From Oceanidesulfovibrio marinus (GTDB lineage Bacteria > Desulfobacterota > Desulfovibrionia > Desulfovibrionales > Desulfovibrionaceae), in contig NZ_CP039543.1 in the NCBI RefSeq assembly GCF_013085545.1, positions 2,633,322 to 2,697,321 on the forward strand: a DNA stretch of 64,000 nt, in the 5' to 3' direction. Under the pieces are notes generated by a model. It saw only the letters and a list, made by a program, of their open reading frames with translations, was not told the origin of the DNA and ran no database searches. The translations under genes were made by a program, and so were the position numbers. Position 1 is the stretch's first letter, and each line of letters opens with the position of its first letter. Positions 31,202 to 41,148 of the stretch are shown here, in pieces.

Positions 31202-32800
31202 ATGGAATTCGGATCGGTATTCGTACAGCTCTCGCTCTTTGTCGCGCTGCTTGTGGTCATCGGATTTCTGTCCTTCATCACGCTCATCAAGTTCTACAAA
31301 CGCTGCCCGCCGGACAAGATCCTCGTGGTCTTCGGCCGGGTGGGCCGCATTGCCGGCGGCCAGGCACGCAGCGCCAAGTGCGTGCACGGCGGCGCCACCT
31401 TCGTCATTCCGGTGCTCCAGGACTACCAGTTCCTGGACCTGACGCCGCTGACCATAGACATCGATCTGAAGAGCGCGCTGTCCAAGGAGAACATCCGGGT
31501 CAACGCGCCGTCCACCTTCACCGTGGGCATATCCTCCTCCCCCGAGATCATGAACAACGCGGCCGAGCGCCTGCTGGGCCTGTCCATGGCCGAGGTGGAG
31601 CAGACCGCCTCGGACATCATCTTCGGCCAGTTCCGCGCCACCATCGCGACCATGAAGATCGAGGAGATCAACGCCGACCGCGAGAAGTTCCAGCAGACGG
31701 TGATGGACAACGTGGAGGACGAGCTGGGAAAGATCGGCCTGCGGCTGATCAACGTGAACATCAAGGACGTCACAGACGAGAGCAACTACCTGGCCGCACT
31801 GGGCAAACGCGCCGCGGCAGAGGCCACCAACAAGGCCAAGATCGAGGTGGCCGAGCAGGAGCGGAACGGCTCCGTGGGCGAGGCCAAGGCCGTGAAGGAG
31901 CGCGATATCCTGGTGGCGGAGGCGCATCGCGATACGAGGACAGCCACGGCCCAGGCAGAGGCAGAAGCCGTAAAGGGCGAGCGTGAGGCCAAAGCCATCG
32001 AGGCGGATGCCGAAAGCGCCCTGCGCGTGCGCCAGGCCTCGGCGGCGGCACTCGCCGTGAAGGGTGAGCGCGATGCGTTGCAGATCGAGGCTGCGGCGGA
32101 CAGCGACTTGCGCATCAAGAAGGCCGAGGTGGACGCCAATGCGGCCAAGGCCGAGCGCATCCGCATGGCCGAGGCTGCCAAGGAAGCCCTGGAGTCCGAG
32201 AAGCTCACGGAGCTGGCGCGCAAGGATCGCGAAATTGCGGCCAAGCTGGCCGACACCGTGCCGGACGCCGAGGCGGCCAAGCAGCAGCTCATCATCGAGG
32301 CCGAAGCGCAGAAGTCGCAGCGGGTCATTCAGGCCGAGGCGGAAAAGGAAGCAGCCCAACGCCGCGGCGAAGGTGAAGGCCTGGAGATGCGCGCACGCAT
32401 GGAGAACGAGGCCAAGGGCCTGGAAGCGCTGCTCGGCGCGCAGGCCGAGGGTCTGGGCAAGATCGTGGCCGCGGCCGGCGGCGACGCAGGCAAGGCCTTT
32501 ATGCTGATGATGGCGGACAAGATGCCGGAGCTCTTCAAAATGCAAACCGAGGCGCTGCAGAACCTACAGATCGACAAGGTCCTGGTCATGGACGGCGGCT
32601 CCGGCGATGGCGTCTCCAACTTTGTGCAGGGATTCGCCCAGGCCCTGCCCTTTGCCCACGAGATCGCCGAGCTCGGCGGCATCAAGCTGCCCGGGCTGTT
32701 CATGGGCGAGCAGAAGGCCGAACCGCCGCAGCAGCCGGCCGTTCCCGAAGTTGCTGAAGAGAACGACCCGGAGGACGCCGGGGACGAGAGCGAATCCTAG
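31202..32800 (+). CDS. Flotillin-like SPFH/Band-7 protein (FloT/YuaG/YqiK-type)
   Basis: 532 aa. N-terminal TM, SPFH domain, long Ala/Glu-rich coiled-coil (EA repeats), acidic C-terminus. Confidence 0.85.
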   Translation: MEFGSVFVQLSLFVALLVVIGFLSFITLIKFYKRCPPDKILVVFGRVGRIAGGQARSAKCVHGGATFVIPVLQDYQFLDLTPLTIDIDLKSALSKENIRVNAPSTFTVGISSSPEIMNNAAERLLGLSMAEVEQTASDIIFGQFRATIATMKIEEINADREKFQQTVMDNVEDELGKIGLRLINVNIKDVTDESNYLAALGKRAAAEATNKAKIEVAEQERNGSVGEAKAVKERDILVAEAHRDTRTATAQAEAEAVKGEREAKAIEADAESALRVRQASAAALAVKGERDALQIEAAADSDLRIKKAEVDANAAKAERIRMAEAAKEALESEKLTELARKDREIAAKLADTVPDAEAAKQQLIIEAEAQKSQRVIQAEAEKEAAQRRGEGEGLEMRARMENEAKGLEALLGAQAEGLGKIVAAAGGDAGKAFMLMMADKMPELFKMQTEALQNLQIDKVLVMDGGSGDGVSNFVQGFAQALPFAHEIAELGGIKLPGLFMGEQKAEPPQQPAVPEVAEENDPEDAGDESES

Positions 32801-32834
32801 CGACAGGCTTCGGCCGTATCCATACACGCAAAAA

Positions 32835-32857
32835 GGGCCGGGAGAATCTCCCGGCCC
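32835..32857. terminator. Bidirectional terminator between flotillin (plus) and gap (minus)
   Basis: GGGCCGGGAGA-ATC-TCCCGGCCC perfect 10-bp stem flanked by A-run upstream and TTTCTC downstream. Confidence 0.6.
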
Positions 32858-32907
32858 TTTCTCATTACCCTCAGGTCACGTTTGGGTCGGCAAAGCGGAA
32901 AGACGCA

Positions 32908-33924
32908 CTACACCCAACGATCCTTGATGAGCTTGGCCAGGTCGGCAACGCGGCACGAGTAGCCCCATTCGTTGTCGTACCAGGTGACGAGCTTGGCGAA
33001 GTTGCCGTCCTGCACTTTGCAATACTCGGCCTCCACAATCGACGAGCGCGGGTCGCCCTTGAAGTCCATGGAGACGAGCGGGCGTTCGGAGTAGCCCAGG
33101 ATGCCCTTGAGCGGACCTTCGGACGCCTGCTTGAGCGCATCCTTGAACCCTTCGGTGTCCGTGGCCTTTTCCAGCACGCAAGAGAAGTCCACGATGGAGA
33201 CGGTAGGCGTGGGCACGCGCAGGGCGTAGCCTTCCAACTTGCCTTTGAGCTCCGGCAGCACCAGAGCCACGGCCTTGGCCGCGCCCGTGGTGGTGGGGAT
33301 GATGTTCTGCCCGGCGGCGCGGGCCCGGCGCAGGTCCTTGTGCGGCAGGTCCAGGATGCGCTGGTCGTTGGTGTAGGAGTGCACGGTGCACATGGCGCCG
33401 CGCTCGATGCCGAAGCTCTCGTGGATCACCTTGGCCGCCGGGGCCAGGCAGTTGGTGGTGCACGAGGCGTTGGAAATGATCACGTGGTTCTTGGGGTCGT
33501 ACTGGTCCTCGTTGACGCCGAGCACCACGGTGACGTCCTCTTCCTTGGCCGGGGCCGAGATGATGACCTTCTTGGCGCCCGCCTTGACGTGGGCCATGGC
33601 CTTGGGGCCGGTGCGGAAGATGCCCGTGGACTCGATCACCACATCCACGCCGAGATCGTCCCAGGGAATCTCCCGGGGGTCGCGCAGGGCGAAGCAGCGA
33701 ATGTCCCAGCCGCCGAAGGAGATGGTATCCTCGGTGGCGCTCACCTCGAAAGGCGTATGTCCATAGTTGGTGTCGAACTCCAGCAGGTGGGCGTTGGTGG
33801 CGGTATCGTACAGATCGTTCACCGCAACCACCTGGAGATCATTCTCCCAATGTTCGCGCATGGCCTTGAGCACTTGGCGGCCGATACGGCCGAAGCCGTT
33901 GATGCCGACTCTGAGCGTATCCAT
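32908..33924 (-). CDS. gap: Glyceraldehyde-3-phosphate dehydrogenase (type I)
   Basis: 338 aa. [12 protein letters not shown] motif, catalytic [10 protein letters not shown], near-full-length identity pattern to bacterial GapA. Confidence 0.95.
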   Translation of the reverse strand: MDTLRVGINGFGRIGRQVLKAMREHWENDLQVVAVNDLYDTATNAHLLEFDTNYGHTPFEVSATEDTISFGGWDIRCFALRDPREIPWDDLGVDVVIESTGIFRTGPKAMAHVKAGAKKVIISAPAKEEDVTVVLGVNEDQYDPKNHVIISNASCTTNCLAPAAKVIHESFGIERGAMCTVHSYTNDQRILDLPHKDLRRARAAGQNIIPTTTGAAKAVALVLPELKGKLEGYALRVPTPTVSIVDFSCVLEKATDTEGFKDALKQASEGPLKGILGYSERPLVSMDFKGDPRSSIVEAEYCKVQDGNFAKLVTWYDNEWGYSCRVADLAKLIKDRWV

Positions 33925-33951
33925 AGAAATCTCCTCGAAATCGTCGTGGGG

Positions 33952-34512
33952 TTAGTCTTCGAAGATGCGGTTTTCGAAAGCCGAAAGCATCTCGTAGTCG
34001 GTTTTCAGGGCCTGATGGAGACGCGCGTTCTCGATGGCCAGGGCGCTGATGTCCGAGATGGCGTTGAGAAACTCCTTCTCGGCCTCGTCAAATGTGTACT
34101 TTTCTCCGGTGTAGACGCGCATGATGCCTATCACGCGCTGGTCGGTGCTCAGGGGCGCCACCAGCATGGAGACTATGCCCTCGTCCTTGGCGGCCTCCGG
34201 GTACTGGAAGCGCGAATCGCAGCACACGTCCTCGATCTCGACCACCTCGCCCTGCAGGGCTAGACGGTCCACACCGCTCTTTTCCACCTCCACGGGTCCC
34301 TTGCGAAGATAGTCGCGGGAAAGACCATAGGAAGCAGAGGCCTTGAGGTACTTGCCGCTGCGGTCCAGCAGGCGCAGGGTGCTGCCCCGGACGCCCATGC
34401 ACTTCACGGTTTGCTCTACGATGGCGGCGATCACTTCCGTCGGCTCGAGGGTCGAGTTGATTGCCTTCACGGCGAGCACGACGGAACGGTAGTAGTTCTC
34501 ATAACGGTCCAT
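33952..34512 (-). CDS. Stand-alone GAF-domain protein
   Basis: Start assigned to ATG 34512 (AGGAGG SD 6 nt upstream). 186 aa single GAF domain. Ends 27 nt before gap, so probably co-transcribed. Confidence 0.7.
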   Translation of the reverse strand: MDRYENYYRSVVLAVKAINSTLEPTEVIAAIVEQTVKCMGVRGSTLRLLDRSGKYLKASASYGLSRDYLRKGPVEVEKSGVDRLALQGEVVEIEDVCCDSRFQYPEAAKDEGIVSMLVAPLSTDQRVIGIMRVYTGEKYTFDEAEKEFLNAISDISALAIENARLHQALKTDYEMLSAFENRIFED

Positions 34513-34845
34513 GGAATCCTCCTGGCGGATGGGAATACGGTATATAAGAGCTATCAATAATGAGACACACTAGCGCGTTGTCGGTGTCATATGCAAGGCG
34601 GCATCTGGAAAAGTACGCGTCTTGAAATCTCCGTGAGACTCTGGACAGGCGGGGCAAACAGCCCTCTTTATCACACGCCTGTGGATATTCGCTTCTGCGC
34701 CGCGCCGGCCTGCGCCCTCGGAACGATTGTCAGTCCCATTGTCTTAGGAATATTCCCGAAATCTGCCTGCGGCCATGATTTTCCCGGTGGCACACAAATG
34801 AAAGTTGACGGAAGTTCACAAGAGCGATAAGACCCCCCCATACAC

Positions 34846-34863
34846 TGACTGACTTGTCAGTCA
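34846..34863. promoter_or_regulatory. Perfect 8-2-8 inverted repeat TGACTGAC-tt-GTCAGTCA, TetR operator candidate
   Basis: Lies 19 nt upstream of the TetR start codon in the GAF/TetR divergent intergenic region. Classic TetR-family operator architecture. Confidence 0.5.
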
Positions 34864-34881
34864 ATTAATTGGAATAAATGT

Positions 34882-35547
34882 ATGAGCGATTGTCAGAAGA
34901 ACTGCGCGCGGCCCGGCCGCCCCTGCGATCCGACCCTGGAGCAGCGCCGGAAGAACGAGATCCTGCACCACGCCGTGCTGCTCTTTGCGCGCCACGGATA
35001 CTCCAGGACCGACGTGGGAGCCATTGCCGACGCCGCCGGCTGCGCCAAGGGCACGGTCTACAACTACTTCAACAGCAAGCTGACCCTGTTTCAGGAGACT
35101 GTGGACTACGTGATGATCGGACTGCTCGATGCGACCTCGTCTTCCCGCGCCGAGGACCCCCTCGATCGCATCAGCGACAGCGTCCGCTCTTTCCTTGGGT
35201 ACTTCGACGAACACCCGGAGTTTGTGGAAATCCTCGTCCAGGAACGCTCCGTGTTGAGGGATCGGCGCACCCCCGCCTACCGGAAGTACCGCTCGGCGCA
35301 TCGCGACCAGGCCAGGGCTCTGTTCCGGTCGCTCATCGAGGCAGGCGTGTTCCGCGAGATTCCAATAGACAACACCCTGGATATCATCGGCAACACTTTG
35401 TACGGCACCATCTTCACCAACTACTTCACCGGACGCGTTTCGAGCATGGAACAACAGGCCGCAGACATCAAAAATCTCATCATGCACGGCCTGCTTACGT
35501 CTTCCAGCAGTCCAAATGACGACGTGGCAGCAACGCTAGGCGATTAG
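34882..35547 (+). CDS. TetR/AcrR-family transcriptional regulator
   Basis: 221 aa. N-terminal HTH (HHAVLLFARHGYSRTDVGAIADAAGCAKGTVYNYF) and helical ligand-binding C-terminal domain. Directly upstream of the RND efflux genes. Confidence 0.85.
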   Translation: MSDCQKNCARPGRPCDPTLEQRRKNEILHHAVLLFARHGYSRTDVGAIADAAGCAKGTVYNYFNSKLTLFQETVDYVMIGLLDATSSSRAEDPLDRISDSVRSFLGYFDEHPEFVEILVQERSVLRDRRTPAYRKYRSAHRDQARALFRSLIEAGVFREIPIDNTLDIIGNTLYGTIFTNYFTGRVSSMEQQAADIKNLIMHGLLTSSSSPNDDVAATLGD

Positions 35548-35661
35548 CCTCCCTTCGCACATATTGATCGCCATGGAGGCATGGCGGACCTGTTCCCGGC
35601 TTGTTTGCCGGTGGAGACCCCGTCCGCATGCTTTTCGGGGGCGGAACGACAAGGAACGATC

Positions 35662-36900
35662 ATGGAAGAAACAACAGCACACAACCAGAAGCCCGGCATG
35701 ACGGCGCGTTTCATCTGGCGCGCCATCGTGCTCCTCATACTTGCGGCCACGGTGGTCGGCGGCATTCTGTACTGGAACAAAGCGGATCACGGTCCCCAGG
35801 CCGTGCAATCCAGCGCGCAGCAACAGGCCGTGCCCGTGCATATCCTGACCATGCAGCCCAAGACCGTGCCTCTGAAGCAGGTCTTTCTAGGACAGACCGA
35901 GTCGTCGCAGACCGTGGAGATCCGCGCGCGGGTCAACGGCTTCCTCGAAAGCAAACACTTCACCGAAGGCGGCCATGTCAAGGCGGGACAGCTTCTGTTC
36001 AGCATCGATCCCCGATCCTTCCAGGCCGCCCTGGACATGACCAAGGCGCAGCTTGCCAGCGCCCAGGCCCAGCTTGAACGCATCAATCAGCAGCTCAAGC
36101 GCTACACAGCGCTGCGGCAAAGCGGCTCCGCGACCGAGGACGAGCTGAACGAGCTGCAGACTGATCAGAGCGTGGCCCTGGCCAACATCGAGCTGGAAAA
36201 GGCCCGTATCGTGCAGACCGAGCTCGACCTGAGCTACACCAAGGTCGAATCCCCCATCGACGGTCTCATCGGCATGGCCCAGAAGGATGTGGGCAGCTAC
36301 GTGGACAACACGAGCGGCGGCCTGCTGGCCGTGGTGGAGAAGATCGATCCTATCTATGTGCGCTACACCGTGAGCGAGCAGGACATGCTGCAGGCCAAGC
36401 GCATGGCCCAGAGCGGCGAGACCAACCAGCCCGGCATCCAGGACATGCGCCTTGAGATCACCCTGGCCGACGGCACCAAGTACGCCCATACCGGCGCCAT
36501 CTCCTACACGGCGCCGCAGATCGATACGAACACCGGCTCCGCCGTGGTGCGCGGTACGTTTCCCAACCCCGACGGCGAGCTCATGCCCGGCCAGTTCGTG
36601 CATGTGAATGTGGAAGGCGTGGAGCGCCTGAATGCGCTCAAGGTTCCCAAGGGCGCCGTGATCCAGAATCCTACGGGAGCCATGGTCTACGTGGCCAACG
36701 ACTCCATGAAGGCCGAGATACGGCCGATTACTCTGGGCCCCTGGCAGGATGACATGTGGATTGTCGAGTCCGGGTTGCACCCCGGCGACAAGGTCATCGT
36801 CGACCAGATCATGCACCTCCGGCCCGGCATGACCGTGTCGCAAGCCCCGGACGAGCCGGCCGCCCAGGCCGACGGATCACAGCCGAAGAGCGAGCAGTAG
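35662..36900 (+). CDS. RND efflux periplasmic adaptor (membrane fusion protein, AcrA/MexA family)
   Basis: Start re-assigned to ATG 35662 (AAGGAA SD). TM/lipobox-type N-terminus, coiled-coil hairpin, lipoyl and beta-barrel domains. Confidence 0.85.
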   Translation: MEETTAHNQKPGMTARFIWRAIVLLILAATVVGGILYWNKADHGPQAVQSSAQQQAVPVHILTMQPKTVPLKQVFLGQTESSQTVEIRARVNGFLESKHFTEGGHVKAGQLLFSIDPRSFQAALDMTKAQLASAQAQLERINQQLKRYTALRQSGSATEDELNELQTDQSVALANIELEKARIVQTELDLSYTKVESPIDGLIGMAQKDVGSYVDNTSGGLLAVVEKIDPIYVRYTVSEQDMLQAKRMAQSGETNQPGIQDMRLEITLADGTKYAHTGAISYTAPQIDTNTGSAVVRGTFPNPDGELMPGQFVHVNVEGVERLNALKVPKGAVIQNPTGAMVYVANDSMKAEIRPITLGPWQDDMWIVESGLHPGDKVIVDQIMHLRPGMTVSQAPDEPAAQADGSQPKSEQ

Positions 36901-36902
36901 CC

Positions 36903-39900
36903 ATGTTTTCGCGCTTTTTCATCGACCGTCCGGTCTTCTCTTGCGTGCTGTCCATCCTCATCCTGCTCGCGGGCATCGTTTCCATTTTCGCGCTGCCCAT
37001 CGCCGAGTATCCCGAAATCACGCCGCCTACCGTCCAGATTGACGCAACCTACCCCGGCGCGGACGCCCAGACGGCAGCCGAGTCGGTAGCTTCGCCCATT
37101 GAGCAGCAGCTCAGCGGCGTCAAGAACCTGCTCTACTTCAGCGCGCTCTGCTCCAACAACGGCGCCGTGAACATCGTGGCCACCTTCGAGATCGGCACGG
37201 ACCAGGACATGGCGGCCGTGGAGGTGCAGAACCGGCTCTCCATCGCCGAACCGCAGTTGCCCGCCGAGGTCGTGCGCCAGGGCATCACCGTGACCAAGTC
37301 GTCCACGAGTATGCTCGGCGTGCTGGCCCTGGAGTCCGATGGCCGTTACGACGACATCTTCCTGAGCAACTACGCCACGATCAACCTTCTGGACATGATC
37401 AAACGCGTGCCCGGCGTGGGTGATGCGAGCGTGTTCGGTACCAAAGACTACTCCATGCGCATCTGGGTCGACCCGGACCAGTTGGCATCGAGGGGTCTGA
37501 CCGTATCCGAGGTGGCCGCCGCCATTCGTGAGCAGAACGCGGTGTTTCCGGCCGGTACCATCGGCCAGCGTCCTTCCGGCGACCGTCTCGAACTGACCGT
37601 GCCGGTGCTCACACAGGGCCGGCTCCAGGAGGCGTCCCAATATGAGAACATCATCCTGCGCGCCAACCCGGACGGCTCCAGGCTGCTGCTCAAGGACGTG
37701 GCCACTGTCGAGATGGGCGCGAAAAGCTACGACTTCTTCGGTCGTGTGAACGGCAAGCCCACCACGCTCATCCCCGTGTACCTCCAGGTGGGCGCCAACG
37801 CCCTGGACACCATGAACGGCGTGCGCGAGGCCATGGACCACGCGGCCAAGAGCTTCCCGCCCGGCGTGTCCTACAGCGTGCCCCACGACACCACCGACTT
37901 CATCCAGGCCTCCATGGAGGAGGTCGTACACACACTGATCGAGGCCGTTATCCTGGTTCTCGTGGTGGTCTTCCTCTTCCTGCAATCCTGGCGAGCCACG
38001 CTCATTCCGCTCCTGGCCGTACCCGTGGCCATCGTGGGAACCTTCGGCGGCATGCTCGCCCTGGGCTTCACCATCAACACCCTGACCATGTTCGGTCTGG
38101 TGCTGGCTATCGGCATCGTGGTGGATGACGCCATCGTGGTGGTGGAGAACGTGGAACGCATCATGGAGCAGGAAGGGCTCGGCCCGCGGGACGCCACGAT
38201 CAAAGCCATGGAGCAGGTGACCGGCGCACTCGTGGCCATCGTGCTCGTGCTCTCTGCGGTCTTCGTTCCCGTGGCCTTCCTGGGCGGTCTCACCGGACAG
38301 CTCTACAAGCAGTTCGCCGTGACCATCGCCGTGTCCGTGGCCATCTCCGGCCTGGTGGCGCTCACCCTGAGCCCGGCCCTGTGCCGGCTGATTCTGCGCC
38401 CTTCCCACGGCAGGCCGTTCATCCTGTTCCGCTGGTTCAACTCGCTGGTCGAGAACATGACCTCGGGCTACACCGGAGGCGTCCGCCGGGCCATACGCTG
38501 GGCTCCGGTCACAATGGCCATATTCGGCGTGCTCTGCTGGGGCGCGTACACCCTCCAGAAGACCGTGCCCACGGGCTTTCTGCCTTCGGAAGACCAGGGC
38601 TTCGTGCTCAACTTCGTCATGCTCCCGGACGGCGCTTCACTGGACCGCACGGACGAGCTGACGCGTGAGGCCGAGGAGTTCTTCCTGAGCAACCCGGCCG
38701 TGGAGCAGACCATCCTGCTCGGCGGCCTGGACTTCCTGAGCGGTGGCATCACCAGCACCAGCGCTGCAACCATGTTCATCAGCCTCAAGCCCTTTGACGA
38801 GCGGCTCGATCCGAACCTCTCCGCAGCGTCCGTGGCCAGACAGGCCATCATGCACTTCATGGGCAATGGCAAAGGCCGGGTTCTGGCGGTTACGCCGCCC
38901 GCGATTCACGGCCTGGGCACCCGCGCCGGATTCCAGCTCGAACTGCAGGCCCGCGGTGGGGGAACCACCGAGGAGCTGGCCGACGTGGCCAGCAAGTTCG
39001 TTGCAGCAACCAACCAGGACCAGATGCTGAGCGAGGTGCGCGGCACCCTGCGAGTCACCCAGCCGCAGCTCTACGTGGACCTGAACCGCGAGAAAACCAA
39101 GATGATGGGCGTGCAGGTGGCCGACGTGTTCGAAGCCATGCAGGCCTACCTGAGCTCACTTTACGTCAACGACTTCAACAAGTTCGGCCGCATCTGGCGC
39201 GTGCAGCTCCAGGCCGAGTCCGAGTTCCGCGACAGCCCCTCGGACATCGGCCGGATATTCGTGCGCAACGACAAGGGCGACATGGTGCCGCTGTCCGGCG
39301 TGACCGACCTCAGCTACCGCGCCGGAGCGAACGCGGTCTCGCACTTCAACGGCTTCCCCTCTGTCCAGATCACCGGCGCTCCTGCGCCGGGCATCAGCAG
39401 TGGCGCAGCCATGGATGAGGTCACCAAGATCGCGTCCGAGGTCCTGCCGCAAGGCTATGGCTTCGAGTGGAGCGGCGCATCCTACCAGGAGATCAAGGCC
39501 GGCAACCAGGCGCCCATGGTCCTGGCGTTCGGCATCGTGGTCGTGTTCCTGGTGCTGGCCGCCCAGTACGAGAAGTGGAGCCTGCCCGTCGCAGTGCTCG
39601 GCGTCCTGCCCATCGCCATTCTCGGCGCACTGGTGGCCGTGTTCATGCGCGATCTGGCGCAGGACATCTACTTCCAGATCGGCTTGTTGACCCTTGTGGG
39701 TCTGTCGGCCAAGAACGCCATCCTCATCGTGGAGTTCTGCGTGGCCGCGCACCGAGACGGCATGTCCATCGTGGACTCGGCCCTGTATGCAGCGCGCATG
39801 CGCTTCCGGCCCATCATCATGACGTCGCTGGCCTTCATCCTGGGCGTTGTGCCTCTGGCCATCTCCACCGGCGCCGGTGCTGCGGCCCGCCACTCCATCG

Positions 39901-40070
39901 GCACGGGCGTCATCGGCGGCATGCTCGCCGCCACATTCCTGGCCATCTTCTTCGTCCCGGTCTTCTTCGTGATCATCCAGAAGGCGAGCTCGTTCCTCGA
40001 CCGGAGCGAGGACACCTACCTGGAGAAGCTGGACGGCCATTCGGATAAGAAAGAAGAGAAGAAGCCGTAA
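36903..40070 (+). CDS. RND multidrug efflux transporter (AcrB/MexB family, HAE1)
   Basis: Start re-assigned to ATG 36903 (MFSRFFIDRPVFS...). 1055 aa, 12 TM with two large periplasmic loops. No outer-membrane factor gene follows. Confidence 0.95.
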   Translation: MFSRFFIDRPVFSCVLSILILLAGIVSIFALPIAEYPEITPPTVQIDATYPGADAQTAAESVASPIEQQLSGVKNLLYFSALCSNNGAVNIVATFEIGTDQDMAAVEVQNRLSIAEPQLPAEVVRQGITVTKSSTSMLGVLALESDGRYDDIFLSNYATINLLDMIKRVPGVGDASVFGTKDYSMRIWVDPDQLASRGLTVSEVAAAIREQNAVFPAGTIGQRPSGDRLELTVPVLTQGRLQEASQYENIILRANPDGSRLLLKDVATVEMGAKSYDFFGRVNGKPTTLIPVYLQVGANALDTMNGVREAMDHAAKSFPPGVSYSVPHDTTDFIQASMEEVVHTLIEAVILVLVVVFLFLQSWRATLIPLLAVPVAIVGTFGGMLALGFTINTLTMFGLVLAIGIVVDDAIVVVENVERIMEQEGLGPRDATIKAMEQVTGALVAIVLVLSAVFVPVAFLGGLTGQLYKQFAVTIAVSVAISGLVALTLSPALCRLILRPSHGRPFILFRWFNSLVENMTSGYTGGVRRAIRWAPVTMAIFGVLCWGAYTLQKTVPTGFLPSEDQGFVLNFVMLPDGASLDRTDELTREAEEFFLSNPAVEQTILLGGLDFLSGGITSTSAATMFISLKPFDERLDPNLSAASVARQAIMHFMGNGKGRVLAVTPPAIHGLGTRAGFQLELQARGGGTTEELADVASKFVAATNQDQMLSEVRGTLRVTQPQLYVDLNREKTKMMGVQVADVFEAMQAYLSSLYVNDFNKFGRIWRVQLQAESEFRDSPSDIGRIFVRNDKGDMVPLSGVTDLSYRAGANAVSHFNGFPSVQITGAPAPGISSGAAMDEVTKIASEVLPQGYGFEWSGASYQEIKAGNQAPMVLAFGIVVVFLVLAAQYEKWSLPVAVLGVLPIAILGALVAVFMRDLAQDIYFQIGLLTLVGLSAKNAILIVEFCVAAHRDGMSIVDSALYAARMRFRPIIMTSLAFILGVVPLAISTGAGAAARHSIGTGVIGGMLAATFLAIFFVPVFFVIIQKASSFLDRSEDTYLEKLDGHSDKKEEKKP

Positions 40071-40087
40071 TCCTGCCAACGCAAAAA

Positions 40088-40117
40088 GGGCGCCGAATCG
40101 ATCGGCGCCCTTTTTTT
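40088..40117. terminator. Strong bidirectional rho-independent terminator
   Basis: GGGCGCCGA-TCGAT-CGGCGCCC 9-bp GC stem followed by TTTTTTT. Sits between convergent RND pump and methyltransferase genes. Confidence 0.7.
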
Positions 40118-40129
40118 GTCTGCGCGGCC

Positions 40130-40798
40130 TCAATGGCACAAAGCGTTGTCGCGCGGTGTGTATATCCAGTACTCCAGAATGAAGCCGAACAACCGGTTGG
40201 GCCGAATGACGCAATTGGTCACGCCCGCGTCGATGCAGAGCCGCGCGATCTGTTTTCGGCTCAACAGGTGCATGTAATTGTCTGTCGCCCAGCCCTGTCC
40301 CCGCCGCCGCAGATACCAGTCGAAGCGCTCCTTGCCCAGATAGTGCAGGAATGGCGTGCGCGTGTGCACCTCCACAGGAAAGTAGAGGTTCGGCGTGGTA
40401 ATGAAAAAACGTTTGGCGACGCGCCGTATTTCCTTGAGAAAGGCGACTTGGCGAGAGTAATCGCCAACATGCTCGATGACGGCGTTGGACCACAGGAGGT
40501 CGAATGTCTGATCTGCGAAGGGAAAAATCGCTCCGTCATAGCGGCTGAAGGACACATCCGGATACCGCTCGATGATGGCTTTCGGCTCTTCGACGCCCAA
40601 AGCGCTGAGCCGGTTCGGAAAAGGGTAGTGCTTCTCGATGTAGTTCGTGGTGGAAGAGAACTCGCGCTCGGAAAAGCCCACGTCCAGAGCCAGATCCTCA
40701 GGCCCAGGGACAAATTCACCGATAAAGAAGCGCCATTTCTTGTGCCTGTTGTTATTCGAGAAGTGATACGCGAGGCTGTTCAACGTTACCATGCCCAC
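40130..40798 (-). CDS. Class I SAM-dependent methyltransferase
   Basis: 222 aa. Methyltransf_11/23-like pattern (LDVGFSE...LLWSNAVIEHV). Confidence 0.6.
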   Translation of the reverse strand: MGMVTLNSLAYHFSNNNRHKKWRFFIGEFVPGPEDLALDVGFSEREFSSTTNYIEKHYPFPNRLSALGVEEPKAIIERYPDVSFSRYDGAIFPFADQTFDLLWSNAVIEHVGDYSRQVAFLKEIRRVAKRFFITTPNLYFPVEVHTRTPFLHYLGKERFDWYLRRRGQGWATDNYMHLLSRKQIARLCIDAGVTNCVIRPNRLFGFILEYWIYTPRDNALCH

Positions 40799-41148
40799 CC
40801 CTCCAGCGTAGGAAGGCCACTTCCTGTACCAATGTGATAAGACACCGGGATAATGCTAAGAATGGTTGACGCATTCTATACAGCGACGGTTATCTATTGT
40901 CTAGATAGTCAACGCAAAAGCGTTCCTCTTTCACAAAAGTTTTTCCTGGCCGACGCCGGTCCGGCAGCGGCTACCAGGATGCTGATTCCTTTCCCGAATC
41001 GCTCTGTATGTGTGTATTGCAAGGCCGTTTGGAACATCGTATTATAATTAAGGAACGCGCAGCGCGGACCACGGCCGGGTTTGCGGCGTCTTCCGGCCAG
41101 GCCAGGACGCGGGAACCGACCATCCACAACACAAGAGCGGAGACGCCC

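Noticed and set aside
30344-32545. 733-aa minus-strand ORF antisense to NfeD and flotillin genes
   Set aside because: Same reasoning. The sense strand encodes a clear SPFH-domain flotillin with coiled-coil; the antisense frame is a mirror of the Ala/Glu repeat region (Leu/Gly/Arg-rich).
34878-35519. Alternative frame ORF (213 aa) starting 4 nt before the TetR start
   Set aside because: Shifted frame overlapping the TetR gene. Only the 34882 frame gives a TetR HTH.
36687-40493. Minus-strand ORFs 36687..38408 (573 aa) and 39156..40493 (445 aa) antisense to the RND pump
   Set aside because: Antisense to a 12-TM AcrB-family gene with full-length similarity. Low-complexity translations.
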